Counted from the stretch's first letter, positions 21,404 through 32,405 are shown. The stretch is 64,000 nt of DNA from Pseudobacteriovorax sp. (GCA_050293845.1 JBNKNM010000005.1:13417-77416); one strand, 5' to 3'. Made by a program: numbers and translations. The notes: generated by a model from the letters alone, not told the origin.

Positions 21404-22405
21404 CTAAACAAAGGCAGCTTCGCCACCCTGGGCGATAACAATTTTACCTTCCTCTTCAAGCTTTCTGGCGATTTGTACGATTTCAAATTGCATCGACTCC
21501 ACATCGGAGAGCTTAACAGCTGACATGGCTTCCATATCTTCTTTAAGCATATTCCCTGCTCGTTCAGACATATTGCGAAAAACCAGCTCTGCAACAGCTT
21601 CAGAAGCGGTCTTCAAGGCAATCATCCATTGTTCTGGTTTTACAGCTTTGATAATTTCCTGTATACCGCGGTCATCTATCTTCGCTAGATCATCGAATAC
21701 GAACATTAGTTGGCGAATTTGCTCTGCAAGGTCTGGGTCGCGTTCTTCGAGATTATCCAGAATTTGTTCTTCCGTAGCTTTATCGATAAGATTTAACATC
21801 TCAGCAATCGGCTCGACTCCTCCAATCTTCTGAGATGAAATGGAACCCATAGCCTGAATTTCGTTTCTTAAGACATCATCAATCTCATCGATGATTTCAG
21901 GAGCTACGGCATCAAGGTTTGATATTCTTAGAATAATCTCTGTATGTAAAGCTTCGGGTAACAGCTTGATGACCTCACCACATTTTCCAGGATCGAGATG
22001 AGCAAGAATGAGAGCTATGGTTTGTGGATGTTCATTGCGGATAAAATTCGTTAATGTCCGTGGATCAATGAGTTCTAGCGCATCAAGGTTTGCTGATGAA
22101 CCTAAGGCGAGTTGTTCAATTAAGTCATCAGCCTCCCCCCCTTTAAAAGCGCTGCCAATGACTTTCATGGTAAAGTCATTGCCACCATAAAAGAATTTTT
22201 TATTCTGTTGGAGAATTTCGTAAAATTCCATCATCACTTCATCGATGATTTCCTGCTCTAGGCGACCTAAGCGGCTCATAGCACTACCGATCCGCTTAAT
22301 TTCAAATTCAGTCATGTTTTTGAAGATTTCGGCAGAAATTTCTTCCCCGAAAGAAAGCAAAAGAATGGCAGCTTTTTGGGCACCCGTATATTTGTTAGTA
22401 GACAC
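21404..22405 (-). CDS. fliG: Flagellar motor switch protein FliG
   Basis: KAAILLL, EHPQTIALILAHL, MFVFDDL, RNMSERA; full length; GTG start. Confidence 0.95.
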   Translation of the reverse strand: MSTNKYTGAQKAAILLLSFGEEISAEIFKNMTEFEIKRIGSAMSRLGRLEQEIIDEVMMEFYEILQQNKKFFYGGNDFTMKVIGSAFKGGEADDLIEQLALGSSANLDALELIDPRTLTNFIRNEHPQTIALILAHLDPGKCGEVIKLLPEALHTEIILRISNLDAVAPEIIDEIDDVLRNEIQAMGSISSQKIGGVEPIAEMLNLIDKATEEQILDNLEERDPDLAEQIRQLMFVFDDLAKIDDRGIQEIIKAVKPEQWMIALKTASEAVAELVFRNMSERAGNMLKEDMEAMSAVKLSDVESMQFEIVQIARKLEEEGKIVIAQGGEAAFV

Positions 22406-22766
22406 CGTTTCCTCGTTTTTTCATAGACTATCATTAGATATGACGTAGGGCTAAGGCATAGCCAAATCCCTACTGATGTCCCGTGGGAGTCTTTTATCAT
22501 CTTTTGATAGTATACGCTAAAATAGCGCTAATTCCCATGTACCCCGTGTCAAAAACAAAGTTGATCCTTTGGGAATTCATCAGGTATAAATACTTTTCGT
22601 TGGTATCTTTAGAGCCTAGTTCCATAGGCAAAGTTTTCTGTTTTCAATGGCTCTTAGTAAGTCATTACGGCTAGAAGAATGAAAGCGGCTCTATCCCATC
22701 GATTTCTAGTGAAGCTTGCTTATTTCATTACTGTCCTCAAGGGACTGTTTTCCTAGGAGAAAGTAC

Positions 22767-23966
22767 TTGGTAACTGCAGCGATCCTGACAATTGGAGATG
22801 AAGTCAGTTCTGGCCAGATTGTAAACCGTAATGCCGCCTGGCTTGCTAATGAACTAGAAAATTGCAAAATCAAAGTCTCCACGCATTTGACAGTGCGAGA
22901 CATTGAAGGTCAAATTGTTGACGCCCTTAATTATATAGAGACACGGGTCGACTTAGTCTTCACGACCGGTGGTCTAGGTCCCACGCGAGATGATCTCACG
23001 CGCAACGCCGTATGTAAGTGGCTAGAAGAGGAAACGAAATTTGATGAAGCATCATGGGATCGCATTTGCCAACGCTTCAAAGGATTTGGTGCTGCGATTA
23101 CTGAAAACAATCGTCAGCAATGCTTCTTTCCCCAATCCTCGCAAATCATTGTGAATCAAGCCGGCTCGGCCAACGCTTTTTATTCACTGAAGAAAAGCTC
23201 CCAAACAAAGATTTGGTGCTTACCTGGCCCCCCCCTTGAAATCAAGCGCATCTGGCGTGATTATATTACAGAACAGATCGCTGCGGAAGTTCTGGTTCAG
23301 GATATTGAAAAATCAACACTGCTGCGTTGGCAATGTCTAGGAAAAAGCGAATCTGCTTTAGGAGAAATTGTAGAGCAAGCTATTGCGGGATCCACGTTAA
23401 TATCTGGTTATCGGACTCACATCCCCTATGTCGAAATCAAGCTATGGACTCCCGACATCGATAAATTGAAAAATTCTCCCTATATTTCAAGGGTGGAAAA
23501 CGCAATTTCTCCCTGGCTTATCAGTAGGGACGATGAAAATATCGTAGAGCTTTTACTTTTGGAGTTGGAGAAATACGAACTGGTAAAGGTTATGGACTTC
23601 TCCAGTCAAGGTTATCTTGGTCAGAAATTCGGTATTATAAGTCGCCAGAATCATAACTTGGAATTGTCCCACCTCACCGTAATCAGCGAATGGGATTTGA
23701 GCTATGAACAGGGCGTGGTTTTTAAAGCTCTCGAACTTGCCGAACCTGAAGCTTTGACACTAGCTATGGGCTCCCTTAATTCCCAAGGTGAATGGGAGGT
23801 AGGTTGGAGCTACGATGGTGATATTCATGTTGAAGTCCTGAGTCTACCTTACAAAACTGCTGGCAGCCGGGCGGGGGACAGATTTCTAAACTTTCAAGGG
23901 GAGAGATCCATCTTCTATTGGCTCAATGCTTTACGCTCAAGGGAGTTAGAGTTATCCTACAATTAA
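22767..23966 (+). CDS. cinA: CinA-like protein (MoCF-biosynthesis-like N-domain; degenerate C-terminal domain)
   Basis: IGDEV..G.IVN.N, TGGLGPTRDDLTR, LPGPP.E, G.SES; TTG 22767 follows an AGGAGA SD. Confidence 0.8.
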   Translation: MVTAAILTIGDEVSSGQIVNRNAAWLANELENCKIKVSTHLTVRDIEGQIVDALNYIETRVDLVFTTGGLGPTRDDLTRNAVCKWLEEETKFDEASWDRICQRFKGFGAAITENNRQQCFFPQSSQIIVNQAGSANAFYSLKKSSQTKIWCLPGPPLEIKRIWRDYITEQIAAEVLVQDIEKSTLLRWQCLGKSESALGEIVEQAIAGSTLISGYRTHIPYVEIKLWTPDIDKLKNSPYISRVENAISPWLISRDDENIVELLLLELEKYELVKVMDFSSQGYLGQKFGIISRQNHNLELSHLTVISEWDLSYEQGVVFKALELAEPEALTLAMGSLNSQGEWEVGWSYDGDIHVEVLSLPYKTAGSRAGDRFLNFQGERSIFYWLNALRSRELELSYN

Positions 23967-24979
23967 TTGCCAAATGGAGCCGGTTTCTCCTGAGTCCTTT
24001 TGCTATCATATATGGAGTTATGCAACTATTCAGACGGCTTTGTTATAAGGTGGGATTCCGCACCCCCACAAGATTCCCTGGATATACAATATCTGTCGGC
24101 AATTTGGAGGCCGGGGGTACTGGAAAGTCGCCTGTAGTGATAGCTCTGGCACAAAAACTCAGAGAAGAAAACTTCAACCCAGTTATCGTTACTCGCGGTT
24201 ATAAATCGGGGCTAAAGGCTCGTGAGACCTTAGTACTTTTAAATGGCAAGATAATACAAGGAGATCCCCCTGCAAAGTTCCTTGCAGATGAGGCCAAGAT
24301 GCAATCAGCGGCACTGCCGACAACCCCCATTATTATTGGCACCAAAAGGAGCTTGGGAATAGAACGTTATCTAAAGAACTTTCCCGCTGCAAGTCACTGG
24401 ATTTTGGATGACGGATTTCAGCATCTGCAAATTCACCGGGACTACGATTTAGTGCTACTGGACTATCAATCTCCCTTTAGTAATGGTTGGCCACTGCCAT
24501 GTGGTCACCTGCGTGAATTCCCTATGACTTTATCCCGAGCCTCCGGGGTACTACTGACCCGGGCGCAATCTGAAGCCTTACCTACAGCCCTGAAGCCCTA
24601 TGAAAACATGCCCATATTCTTTGCAAGCTTCAGAAGCGATCAGTTGACCCATCGCTGCGGCCCCCATGTCGCCTTAAAGGAAGCAAAAATCTGCCTAGTG
24701 GCAGGTATTGCCAAGCCCCAGCAACTGGTACAAGCCCTTGGAAATATGGGATTAATTCCCATTAAAACCTACTGGGTGGCAGACCACCAGCCCTTCTCAC
24801 CTGAGCAGCTACTGCTTCAAGCAAAGGGCTGCCAGATACTGGTAACTACTGAAAAAGATTACCACCGAGATCCGCAAATTTTTGAGTTCTTAGGCATGGG
24901 GGTCTATGTGCTCTCCCTTAGGGCGAATATAGATACTTTCTATGATTCAAAAGAGTTTCATAAATTCAGGAACATCTAA
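23918..24979 (+). CDS. lpxK: Tetraacyldisaccharide 4'-kinase
   Basis: SVGNLEAGGTGKSP, TRGY, LDDGFQH, P.G.LRE, AGIAKP, TTEKD. Start uncertain. Confidence 0.93.
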   Translation: MAQCFTLKGVRVILQLIAKWSRFLLSPFAIIYGVMQLFRRLCYKVGFRTPTRFPGYTISVGNLEAGGTGKSPVVIALAQKLREENFNPVIVTRGYKSGLKARETLVLLNGKIIQGDPPAKFLADEAKMQSAALPTTPIIIGTKRSLGIERYLKNFPAASHWILDDGFQHLQIHRDYDLVLLDYQSPFSNGWPLPCGHLREFPMTLSRASGVLLTRAQSEALPTALKPYENMPIFFASFRSDQLTHRCGPHVALKEAKICLVAGIAKPQQLVQALGNMGLIPIKTYWVADHQPFSPEQLLLQAKGCQILVTTEKDYHRDPQIFEFLGMGVYVLSLRANIDTFYDSKEFHKFRNI

Positions 24980-25096
24980 AATAGAATATTTATCAAAAAT
25001 TTATAATTCCTTAATGGGAATTCCTTTGCATTTCAGAACCAAGTCGCCTATAGGTAAGGCGAAATATACATAACTATACCTTAAAGTGAGGTACCG

Positions 25097-25783
25097 GTGA
25101 AAAAGATCTTAGTTGTAGAAGACGATCCCGATATCCGCGAACTTTTAAACTATAATCTTATGCGTGAGGGTTTTACGGTAACAGTTGCCGATAATGGTAA
25201 AGACGGTTTGTCTATTGCCATCCGTGAGAATCCTGACTTGATTGTCCTTGATCTGATGTTACCCCAGCTCAATGGTATCGAAGTTTGTAAGAAGCTTAGA
25301 GAAACTACCAACACACGGCAAACACCGGTTATCATGCTTACGGCAAAAGGTGAAGAAACCGATATTGTTTTTGGTCTCGGTATCGGGGCTGACGACTATA
25401 TGGTAAAGCCTTTCTCCATTAAGGAGCTTATAGCCCGTATCTACACTAGGCTTCGTCAATACAGCACTGAAGGCACGAAAAGTGAACAAGACATTGTTCG
25501 CCACGGTGCCGTTGAAGTTGATAGAGCGCGCTTCCAAATTATGGTAGACGGTCAGCAAATCCCGATGACCCTGGCCGAATTTCGCCTATTTGACGCTCTT
25601 ATTTCACGCCCTGGAATAGTGCTATCCCGCGATCGACTTCTGGATGCTGTCACTGGTGGCGAAAGCGTGCTCATCGATCGCAACATCGATGTTCATGTTC
25701 GCTCCATCAGAAAGAAGCTTGGGGAAGCCCGCGACCTCATTGAAACGGTACGTGGCCTAGGCTATAAGTTTAGGGAGATATAG
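25097..25783 (+). CDS. phoB: OmpR-family response regulator, PhoB/PhoP-type
   Basis: VVEDD, LDLMLP, LTAK, DDYMVKPF, R.IDVHVR.IRKKL, TVRG.GY; upstream of pst operon. Confidence 0.85.
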   Translation: MKKILVVEDDPDIRELLNYNLMREGFTVTVADNGKDGLSIAIRENPDLIVLDLMLPQLNGIEVCKKLRETTNTRQTPVIMLTAKGEETDIVFGLGIGADDYMVKPFSIKELIARIYTRLRQYSTEGTKSEQDIVRHGAVEVDRARFQIMVDGQQIPMTLAEFRLFDALISRPGIVLSRDRLLDAVTGGESVLIDRNIDVHVRSIRKKLGEARDLIETVRGLGYKFREI

Positions 25784-25788
25784 CACCC

Positions 25789-27210
25789 TTGTTTCGTTCG
25801 CGTTTTTTTTGGAGAAACTTTCTCTCCTATATGGTGATTATAAGTCTTACCACGTTTATTGTTAGTTACCTGCTAACAGTGAAAACGGAGGAGCTAGTTG
25901 AAAATGACAGTCGTATTGAGCTACGACATAAAGTAGACCTAATCACTTCAACCCTACCCGTTGATACCCAATGGACCTTAACTGGTTTAGAAGAACGATT
26001 TCAATCCATCGCAGCAGCAGCAAATACGAGGATTACCATTATTGCTGGCGACGGCAAGGTTGTTTTTGAGTCGGAATTAAACCCCTCCCACTTGGCAAAC
26101 CACACCGGCCGCCCCGAGCTGTTGCAGGCCTGGAAAGAAGGTTATGGCCAAGCCACCCGCACCAGTTCGACCCTTGGCCAAGCTATGATGTATATGGCGA
26201 AAAAGTTGGAGACGGATCAGGGAACGATGTTTTTAAGGTTGGCAATGCCCCAATCGCGCCTTAATTTGCGGCTGGATAACATCCGCTACGCCCTTGGTAT
26301 CGGCGCGTTGGTTGGTATGATTCTTTCCTTATGCACAGCGCTTTTTCTCGCCCGCCGGGTCACAAAGCCTATTTCGGCCATCACCCTGGTTGCAGAGGCC
26401 ATCAGTCGTGGTAACTACAATGCTCGGTTGCGAAAGCTGCCACGAAATGAGTTGGGTACCTTAGGAGGCGCTATCAACCGTCTCGCCGAGGCTGTCGAAG
26501 CCAATATCAATAAGCGTGAAAAAATGGAAAAAATCAAACGTGAATTTTCCAGCAACATCTCCCATGAGCTGAAAACCCCTCTTACCTCGATCAAAGGCTA
26601 TGTCGAAACATTACTCGGAGGAGCTTTAGACGACAAAGATGTTGCCCTGCGGTTTCTTGAAATTATAAAATCCAACATCAATCGCATCATTTCGCTGGTG
26701 AACGATCTTATGAATTTAGCAACTATCGAGTCCAATGAAGGAATTATCAGCCTCAGCCCTGTAGATTGGCGTCCCATCATTCAAGAAGTCATACGTCGCC
26801 AAGAAATTAACTTCCAGAAAAAGTCCATTGCCCTTGAGCTACATATCCCTGAGCAAATTCCTCTGACGCGCGGGAGCCGTAAGGCCATGACCCATATTCT
26901 CGATAATCTGGTACAAAATGCTATAAACTATACTCCCCAAAAAGGAAAAATATCAATTTCTATGGAAAGCAACGAAGACCAAGTTATCCTTCATGTTAAA
27001 GATAACGGGGTTGGCATCTCGCAACAGGATCAGGCCCGGATATTTGAGCGATTTTACCGCGTCGATACTGCCAGGTCAAGGGAGGTTGAGGGAACCGGTT
27101 TAGGCCTAGCTATTGTAAAGCACCTTGTGATCCAGATCCAAGGGACCATACGTGTGAAGAGTGAGTTAAATAAAGGATCAATATTTACGGTAACTTTACC
27201 TCTATCTTAG
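25789..27210 (+). CDS. phoR: HAMP-containing sensor histidine kinase, PhoR-type
   Basis: Two TMs, NH..RPE motif, HAMP, SHELKTPLTSIKG, NLVQNAINY, ERFYRVD..RSR..EGTGLGLAIVKH. Confidence 0.85.
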   Translation: MFRSRFFWRNFLSYMVIISLTTFIVSYLLTVKTEELVENDSRIELRHKVDLITSTLPVDTQWTLTGLEERFQSIAAAANTRITIIAGDGKVVFESELNPSHLANHTGRPELLQAWKEGYGQATRTSSTLGQAMMYMAKKLETDQGTMFLRLAMPQSRLNLRLDNIRYALGIGALVGMILSLCTALFLARRVTKPISAITLVAEAISRGNYNARLRKLPRNELGTLGGAINRLAEAVEANINKREKMEKIKREFSSNISHELKTPLTSIKGYVETLLGGALDDKDVALRFLEIIKSNINRIISLVNDLMNLATIESNEGIISLSPVDWRPIIQEVIRRQEINFQKKSIALELHIPEQIPLTRGSRKAMTHILDNLVQNAINYTPQKGKISISMESNEDQVILHVKDNGVGISQQDQARIFERFYRVDTARSREVEGTGLGLAIVKHLVIQIQGTIRVKSELNKGSIFTVTLPLS

Positions 27211-27213
27211 GAG

Positions 27214-27257
27214 GTTCATTTTTGTTTTATAAAATCTTTACCTTCTCTTAACATTGT
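27214..27257 (+). promoter_or_regulatory. Candidate Pho box array upstream of pstS
   Basis: Four 11-nt-period units beginning GTTCAT, TTTTAT, CTTTAC, CTTAAC(A). Confidence 0.5.
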
Positions 27258-27314
27258 TTGCGGGAACTTGTGACAGTAAGTTGCAGGCAATTAATCTAAC
27301 TAGGAGTTCATTCG

Positions 27315-28247
27315 ATGAAAATATCAAACTTCGCGATGGCAGTTACGATCGGCTTAACTTGCGGCTATACAGCATATGGTTCGAGCAAGCTCAGAGGTAA
27401 AGTAAAGCTCGATGGCTCTAGCACGGTGTTCCCCGTTGCCGAAGCAGTTGCCGAAGAATTCCAAAAGGAATACCCTCGGGTTCGGGTTACAGTGGGTCTT
27501 TCGGGAACTGGCGGCGGTTTTAAAAAGTTCACTACCGGAGAAACAGACATCAGCAATGCCTCGCGACCTATCAAGGGGAAAGAGCAAAAAAAAGCCGATG
27601 AAAATAAAATAAACATGTTTAAGATACCTGTCGCCTATGATGGCATCTCGGTAGCCCTAAGCTCCAAAAATACCTTTGCCCACAAGATGACCCTAGCAGA
27701 GCTAAAAAAAGCTTGGGAGCCCGGAAGCAAGGTCAAAACTTGGAAGGACATCAAAGCTGAATGGCCTGCAAAACCCATCAAATTTTACGGCCCTGGAGCC
27801 GATTCGGGAACCTTTGACTTCTTTACAGAAGAGGTCATGGGGAAATCACGCGCATCCCGCAGCGATTACGTAGCTAGCGAAGATGATAACGTCCTCGTTC
27901 GCGGTATCAGTGCTGACAGATATTCCATGGGCTATTTTGGTTATGCTTACTATGTGGAGAACCAAAGTAAGCTCAACGTTGTATCGCTTTCAAAAGATGG
28001 GAAAAACTACATCAAACCCGCATTCGAAAGCATCAAAGATGGCAGCTACCCCCTGGCACGCCCCCTTCTAATCTATGTTAATTTGAAGTCTGCGCAGCGA
28101 GAAGAGGTTGCAAAATTCGTAGAGTTCTTTATTCAGAATGCAGCAGCTCTTTCCAAAGAGGTAGGATATATTCCACTTCCCAAAGAAAGCTATGAAAAAT
28201 CCCTAGCTGATTTTCGTGCTGCTGTTAAAAGTAGCCACTCTCATTAA
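27315..28247 (+). CDS. pstS: Phosphate ABC transporter substrate-binding protein
   Basis: [40 protein letters not shown]. Confidence 0.93.
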   Translation: MKISNFAMAVTIGLTCGYTAYGSSKLRGKVKLDGSSTVFPVAEAVAEEFQKEYPRVRVTVGLSGTGGGFKKFTTGETDISNASRPIKGKEQKKADENKINMFKIPVAYDGISVALSSKNTFAHKMTLAELKKAWEPGSKVKTWKDIKAEWPAKPIKFYGPGADSGTFDFFTEEVMGKSRASRSDYVASEDDNVLVRGISADRYSMGYFGYAYYVENQSKLNVVSLSKDGKNYIKPAFESIKDGSYPLARPLLIYVNLKSAQREEVAKFVEFFIQNAAALSKEVGYIPLPKESYEKSLADFRAAVKSSHSH

Positions 28248-28257
28248 GGAATAAATT

Positions 28258-29172
28258 ATGACCGACCAGAAATTATGGGTGAAAAATCGATGGTTCCAAA
28301 AATTTCGTGAAGGTTTGGTCACAAAAATCTTACTGTTCTGTGCTTTTGTTTCTGTGCTGACGACTATCGGTATCAATTTGATCCTGCTCCTGGAAAGCTT
28401 CCTTTTTTTCCAGGAGATCTCATTTTTTGAGTTTTTCTTTACAACCCGCTGGGCTCCTTTGTTCGAACCAAGGCATTTTGGGATTCTCCCCCTTATCACG
28501 GGCACTCTGCTGGTTGCCTTTGGAGCCCTAGTTGTGGCGCTTCCCCTAGGACTGGGTATTGCCATTTTTCTATCGGAATATGCCGGGCCAAAGCTGCGTG
28601 GAATCGTCAAGCCCATTCTTGAAATCCTCGCCGGTATCCCTTCCGTAGTCTATGGTTACTTCGCCTTAACGACCATAACCCCATTTTTACGTGACATCTC
28701 CGAATCTGTAGAGGTTTTTAATGCGGCTAGCGCTGCTATCGTTGTCGGTGTCATGGTCCTACCAACGGTGGCTTCCATTTGTGATGACTCCCTGAATGCC
28801 GTCCCCAAAGCCCTTCGCGAAGGTGCTTTTGCCTTAGGAGCTCGTAAATTCGAGGTTATAGTCCAAGTGGTGATACCCGCCGCTATCAGCGGCATTTTAG
28901 CATCATTTATCCTTGCTTTTAGCCGTGCTATAGGAGAGACTATGGCGGTCACTTTAGCTGCTGGCGCGACACCTCAAGTAACGCTGAATCCCTTTGATAG
29001 TATCCAAACCATGACAGCCTATATTGCTCAAGTTAGCCTTGGTGACATCCCCCATGGGTCCATTGAGTACCAGTCGATTTTTGCGGTCGGCCTTGTTCTT
29101 TTTATAATGACCCTAGCTATGAACCTTGTGTCTCAGTACATTGTTAAAACTTTCGCACGGAGATATGAATGA
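28258..29172 (+). CDS. pstC: Phosphate ABC transporter permease
   Basis: [22 protein letters not shown]. Confidence 0.93.
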   Translation: MTDQKLWVKNRWFQKFREGLVTKILLFCAFVSVLTTIGINLILLLESFLFFQEISFFEFFFTTRWAPLFEPRHFGILPLITGTLLVAFGALVVALPLGLGIAIFLSEYAGPKLRGIVKPILEILAGIPSVVYGYFALTTITPFLRDISESVEVFNAASAAIVVGVMVLPTVASICDDSLNAVPKALREGAFALGARKFEVIVQVVIPAAISGILASFILAFSRAIGETMAVTLAAGATPQVTLNPFDSIQTMTAYIAQVSLGDIPHGSIEYQSIFAVGLVLFIMTLAMNLVSQYIVKTFARRYE

Positions 29173-30104
29173 ACCAACCGATTGACACCACTGTGGCTAA
29201 TATCAGCGATGTCGACGCCTCTCCCCAAGATATAAACAACAGCCTGTTCAGACCCCGGCATAAGGCTCGTCGTGCTAAAGAGAGTGCTTTTTACGGTCTA
29301 TCCATCCTTGCCACCGTGCTGGCACTGGGCTTATTGGTCACATTGATATGGCAGGTCTTTGCAGAAGGTTGGCAATGGCTTGATATTCAATTTTTAGATA
29401 GCTTCCCGTCCCGGTTTCCCCATAAGGCTGGTATCAAATCGGCTGTTTGGGGAAGCATTTGGCTAGGAACCCTTACACTGTTTTTTTCCGTCATATTCGG
29501 TGTAGGGGCTGCGGTATTCCTCGAAGAGCTTGCGAAAAAGAATAGGTTAAACACCTGGCTTGAGGTCAATATTGCAACCCTGGCAGGTGTACCTTCTATT
29601 ATTTATGGCATGTTAGGAGTGACGCTTTTTGTCCGCTTCTTAAACTTAGACCGATCGGTCCTAGCGGGAGCTTTAACCCTTAGCTTGCTCATTATGCCCG
29701 TGATAATTATCGCTACAAGGGAAGCCCTTAAAAGCGTTCCCGACAGCATCCGGCTGGGAGCTGCCGCTTTGGGAGCCACTAAATGGCAATCCGTCAGAGA
29801 TCATGTACTTCCGTCAGCGATTCCGGGAATCTTAACTGGTATTATCCTGGCTATGGCCCGCGCAGTAGGTGAGGCCGCTCCGCTTATTATGATAGGAGCT
29901 TTAACCTATGTCGCCTTTGTTCCTGAAAATTTACTCGATGCTTTCACAGCATTACCCATACAAATTTTTAACTGGACCTCAAGACCACAACCTGAGTTTC
30001 ACGAACTAGCGGCCGCTGGAATAATAGTCCTGCTGTTTTTCCTCGTCGCTTGCAATTCCATTGCTATCTTTCTAAGACTTAAGTGGAAAGGCCATTCAAG
30101 ATGA
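29169..30104 (+). CDS. pstA: Phosphate ABC transporter permease
   Basis: [28 protein letters not shown]. Confidence 0.93.
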   Translation: MNQPIDTTVANISDVDASPQDINNSLFRPRHKARRAKESAFYGLSILATVLALGLLVTLIWQVFAEGWQWLDIQFLDSFPSRFPHKAGIKSAVWGSIWLGTLTLFFSVIFGVGAAVFLEELAKKNRLNTWLEVNIATLAGVPSIIYGMLGVTLFVRFLNLDRSVLAGALTLSLLIMPVIIIATREALKSVPDSIRLGAAALGATKWQSVRDHVLPSAIPGILTGIILAMARAVGEAAPLIMIGALTYVAFVPENLLDAFTALPIQIFNWTSRPQPEFHELAAAGIIVLLFFLVACNSIAIFLRLKWKGHSR

Positions 30105-30856
30105 CATCAACAGCTGTAATTGAAACCCAAAACCTTTGCTTATCTTACGGAGAAGCACAGGTTATTAACGATGTAAATGTTAGTTTTGCTGAAAAGTCTG
30201 TGACAGCCCTTATTGGCCCTTCTGGCTGCGGCAAAAGCACATTGCTCCGTACTTTCAATAGGATGAATGACTTTATTGACAGTTTTCATCATTCAGGCCA
30301 AGTCTTATTTCATGGCACTGATATTTACGATTCCCCTATCGATGTTACGGACTTTCGCCGTGAAGTTGGTATGGTATTTCAGAGGCCTAATCCATTTTCC
30401 AGCTCTATTTATAAAAACATCACCTGGGGACCCAAAATCAATGGTTACCAAGGTGATTATGACGAGTTAGTCGAAAAGTCTTTGCGCCAAGCTGCCCTTT
30501 GGGACGAGGTTAAGGATAAGCTTAACTCCAGTGGCCTGGCCTTATCCGGAGGACAACAACAGCGCCTGTGCATTGCCAGGGCTATCGCTATGAGCCCTAA
30601 GGTTATTCTTATGGACGAGCCTTGCTCAGCACTCGACCCCCAGTCAACTATGGCTATTGAGAAACTTATCACCGAGCTTCAAAAAGACTACACTATTATT
30701 ATTGTCACCCATAATATGCAACAGGCTGCACGCATATCGGAAGATACCGCCTTTCTCTATAATGGCAACCTGGTTGAGTTTGGCAAAACCAGCAAGCTTT
30801 TTTCCAGTCCTTCAAATCAACTGACCCAGGATTACATAAGTGGCCGATTTGGCTAG
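30101..30856 (+). CDS. pstB: Phosphate ABC transporter ATP-binding protein
   Basis: [51 protein letters not shown] 30101 overlaps the pstA stop. Confidence 0.96.
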   Translation: MTSTAVIETQNLCLSYGEAQVINDVNVSFAEKSVTALIGPSGCGKSTLLRTFNRMNDFIDSFHHSGQVLFHGTDIYDSPIDVTDFRREVGMVFQRPNPFSSSIYKNITWGPKINGYQGDYDELVEKSLRQAALWDEVKDKLNSSGLALSGGQQQRLCIARAIAMSPKVILMDEPCSALDPQSTMAIEKLITELQKDYTIIIVTHNMQQAARISEDTAFLYNGNLVEFGKTSKLFSSPSNQLTQDYISGRFG

Positions 30857-30956
30857 GATATTCCTAGCTTACCCCCCCATCAGGCATTATTTTTTGCCAT
30901 AGATAGTTTTTGCAAAGCAACTAACAAGAAGCTATACAGTACAAGCGCGCTGATAT

Positions 30957-31910
30957 TTGCATAACATGGAGCAACTAATGGCTGATTGGCATACGTATCC
31001 TATGGGACCTACCTTACGCCGCTACCTAGATATTTCCCCCAATGACTATAAGGGTGACCTTGCCGCAAAGCCAAGTGACGAAATGGGGAGTCAATTTCAA
31101 AACTGGTTGCTCGCCTATCTTAAGGAGCACAGCCCCGCTTCGTCGCGTGAGACCATCGACCTTTTGGAGGAGCTCACCAGTATGGGGATGAGTCGTGCCG
31201 CCATCAGGTTATTCGAACTATACCCTTTCGACACGGCTAGAGATGACTTTCGTACCATGATATATATCGGCTCATCCTACATGATGGAAGCCATGCATGA
31301 GCAAGCCTTCGAATTTTTAAGCCGAGCGCAGGAATTGGAGCCAGGAGAGATTTCTCCTTACATCAACATTGCTATGATGCACTATTCTTTAGCAGAAGAT
31401 GACGAAGCTATGATTTGGGCAAAAGCTGGTCTACAGGTTGAACCCAATCACCAAAAACTATGGGAAATCATCGCTTCAGTGTATCTCACTAAAGACAAAT
31501 TAACAGCTGGGGCCGCTATTCAAAAAATTGCTACTGAGTTTAATTCCTACTCGGGATACTCTTTAGCCGCTGAATTACTCAATCAGAGCGATCACCTGCT
31601 TAAAGCCCAGTTGTTGGAAAAGCCTTTTGAATCGGGTGTACGAGACGATGAATACCTCATCGAGTACTCCGCTGCCCTAGGACTGGCTCAACAGTTTGAA
31701 AAAATACCTGGAATTCTTTGGCAACTGGAGCAGATCGAAGGAAAAAAAGCCAGTTGGAAGCTTTTAGTCCACGTCGCTCAAGCTTTTTTCGCCCTGAACC
31801 AAGAAAAAGAAGCAAAAGAAATGATTGCGCGACTTGAAAAAAATCCCGAAACACCGCAAAGTATCGTCTCAGATCTAAAGCAAACTTTCGATCAGCATTT
31901 TGTAATTTAG
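30957..31910 (+). CDS. Tetratricopeptide-repeat protein
   Basis: TPR-like units (A.EFLSRAQELEP..ISPYINIA; AKAGLQVEPNH). Start uncertain. Confidence 0.65.
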   Translation: MHNMEQLMADWHTYPMGPTLRRYLDISPNDYKGDLAAKPSDEMGSQFQNWLLAYLKEHSPASSRETIDLLEELTSMGMSRAAIRLFELYPFDTARDDFRTMIYIGSSYMMEAMHEQAFEFLSRAQELEPGEISPYINIAMMHYSLAEDDEAMIWAKAGLQVEPNHQKLWEIIASVYLTKDKLTAGAAIQKIATEFNSYSGYSLAAELLNQSDHLLKAQLLEKPFESGVRDDEYLIEYSAALGLAQQFEKIPGILWQLEQIEGKKASWKLLVHVAQAFFALNQEKEAKEMIARLEKNPETPQSIVSDLKQTFDQHFVI

Positions 31911-31922
31911 CCAGGAGTGCAT

Positions 31923-32306
31923 ATGACAATCGAAGCTATTCATAGTGAGAATGCTCCAGCTGCGGTGGGGCCTTATTCGCAGGCTTGTGGTGTGGGTGAC
32001 TTGTTATTCTGCTCTGGCCAAGTTCCCATTGATCCCGGAACTGGCGATATCGTGACTGGTGGCATAGAGACTCAGACCAAACAGGTTATGAAAAATCTGG
32101 AGCAAGTGCTTCTTGCCGCCGACCTAACATTTTCTCATGTAGTAAAGACTACAATTTATTTGCAAGATATGGCAAATTTCAGCAAAGTAAACCAGGTTTA
32201 TGCAGAATTTTTTACAGCGCCTTACCCTGCTCGTGCAACCGTTGAAGTAGCAAAACTTCCACTTGGTGCCGATGTTGAAATTGAGCTGATCGCCAGCCGA
32301 AGCTAA
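31923..32306 (+). CDS. ridA: RidA family reactive-intermediate deaminase
   Basis: APAAVGPYSQA, SGQVP, VVKTTIYL, PARATVEVAKLP, VEIE; AGGAG SD before ATG 31923. Confidence 0.93.
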   Translation: MTIEAIHSENAPAAVGPYSQACGVGDLLFCSGQVPIDPGTGDIVTGGIETQTKQVMKNLEQVLLAADLTFSHVVKTTIYLQDMANFSKVNQVYAEFFTAPYPARATVEVAKLPLGADVEIELIASRS

Positions 32307-32405
32307 TGGGTTCGCTGGGATTCTTAAAAAAATGTAGGAGAGTTCAAAAAAAGAGCAGCTTATGGTATCCTTAACTCAGCCAAACTGAATAAGATTGGGA
32401 GAAAC

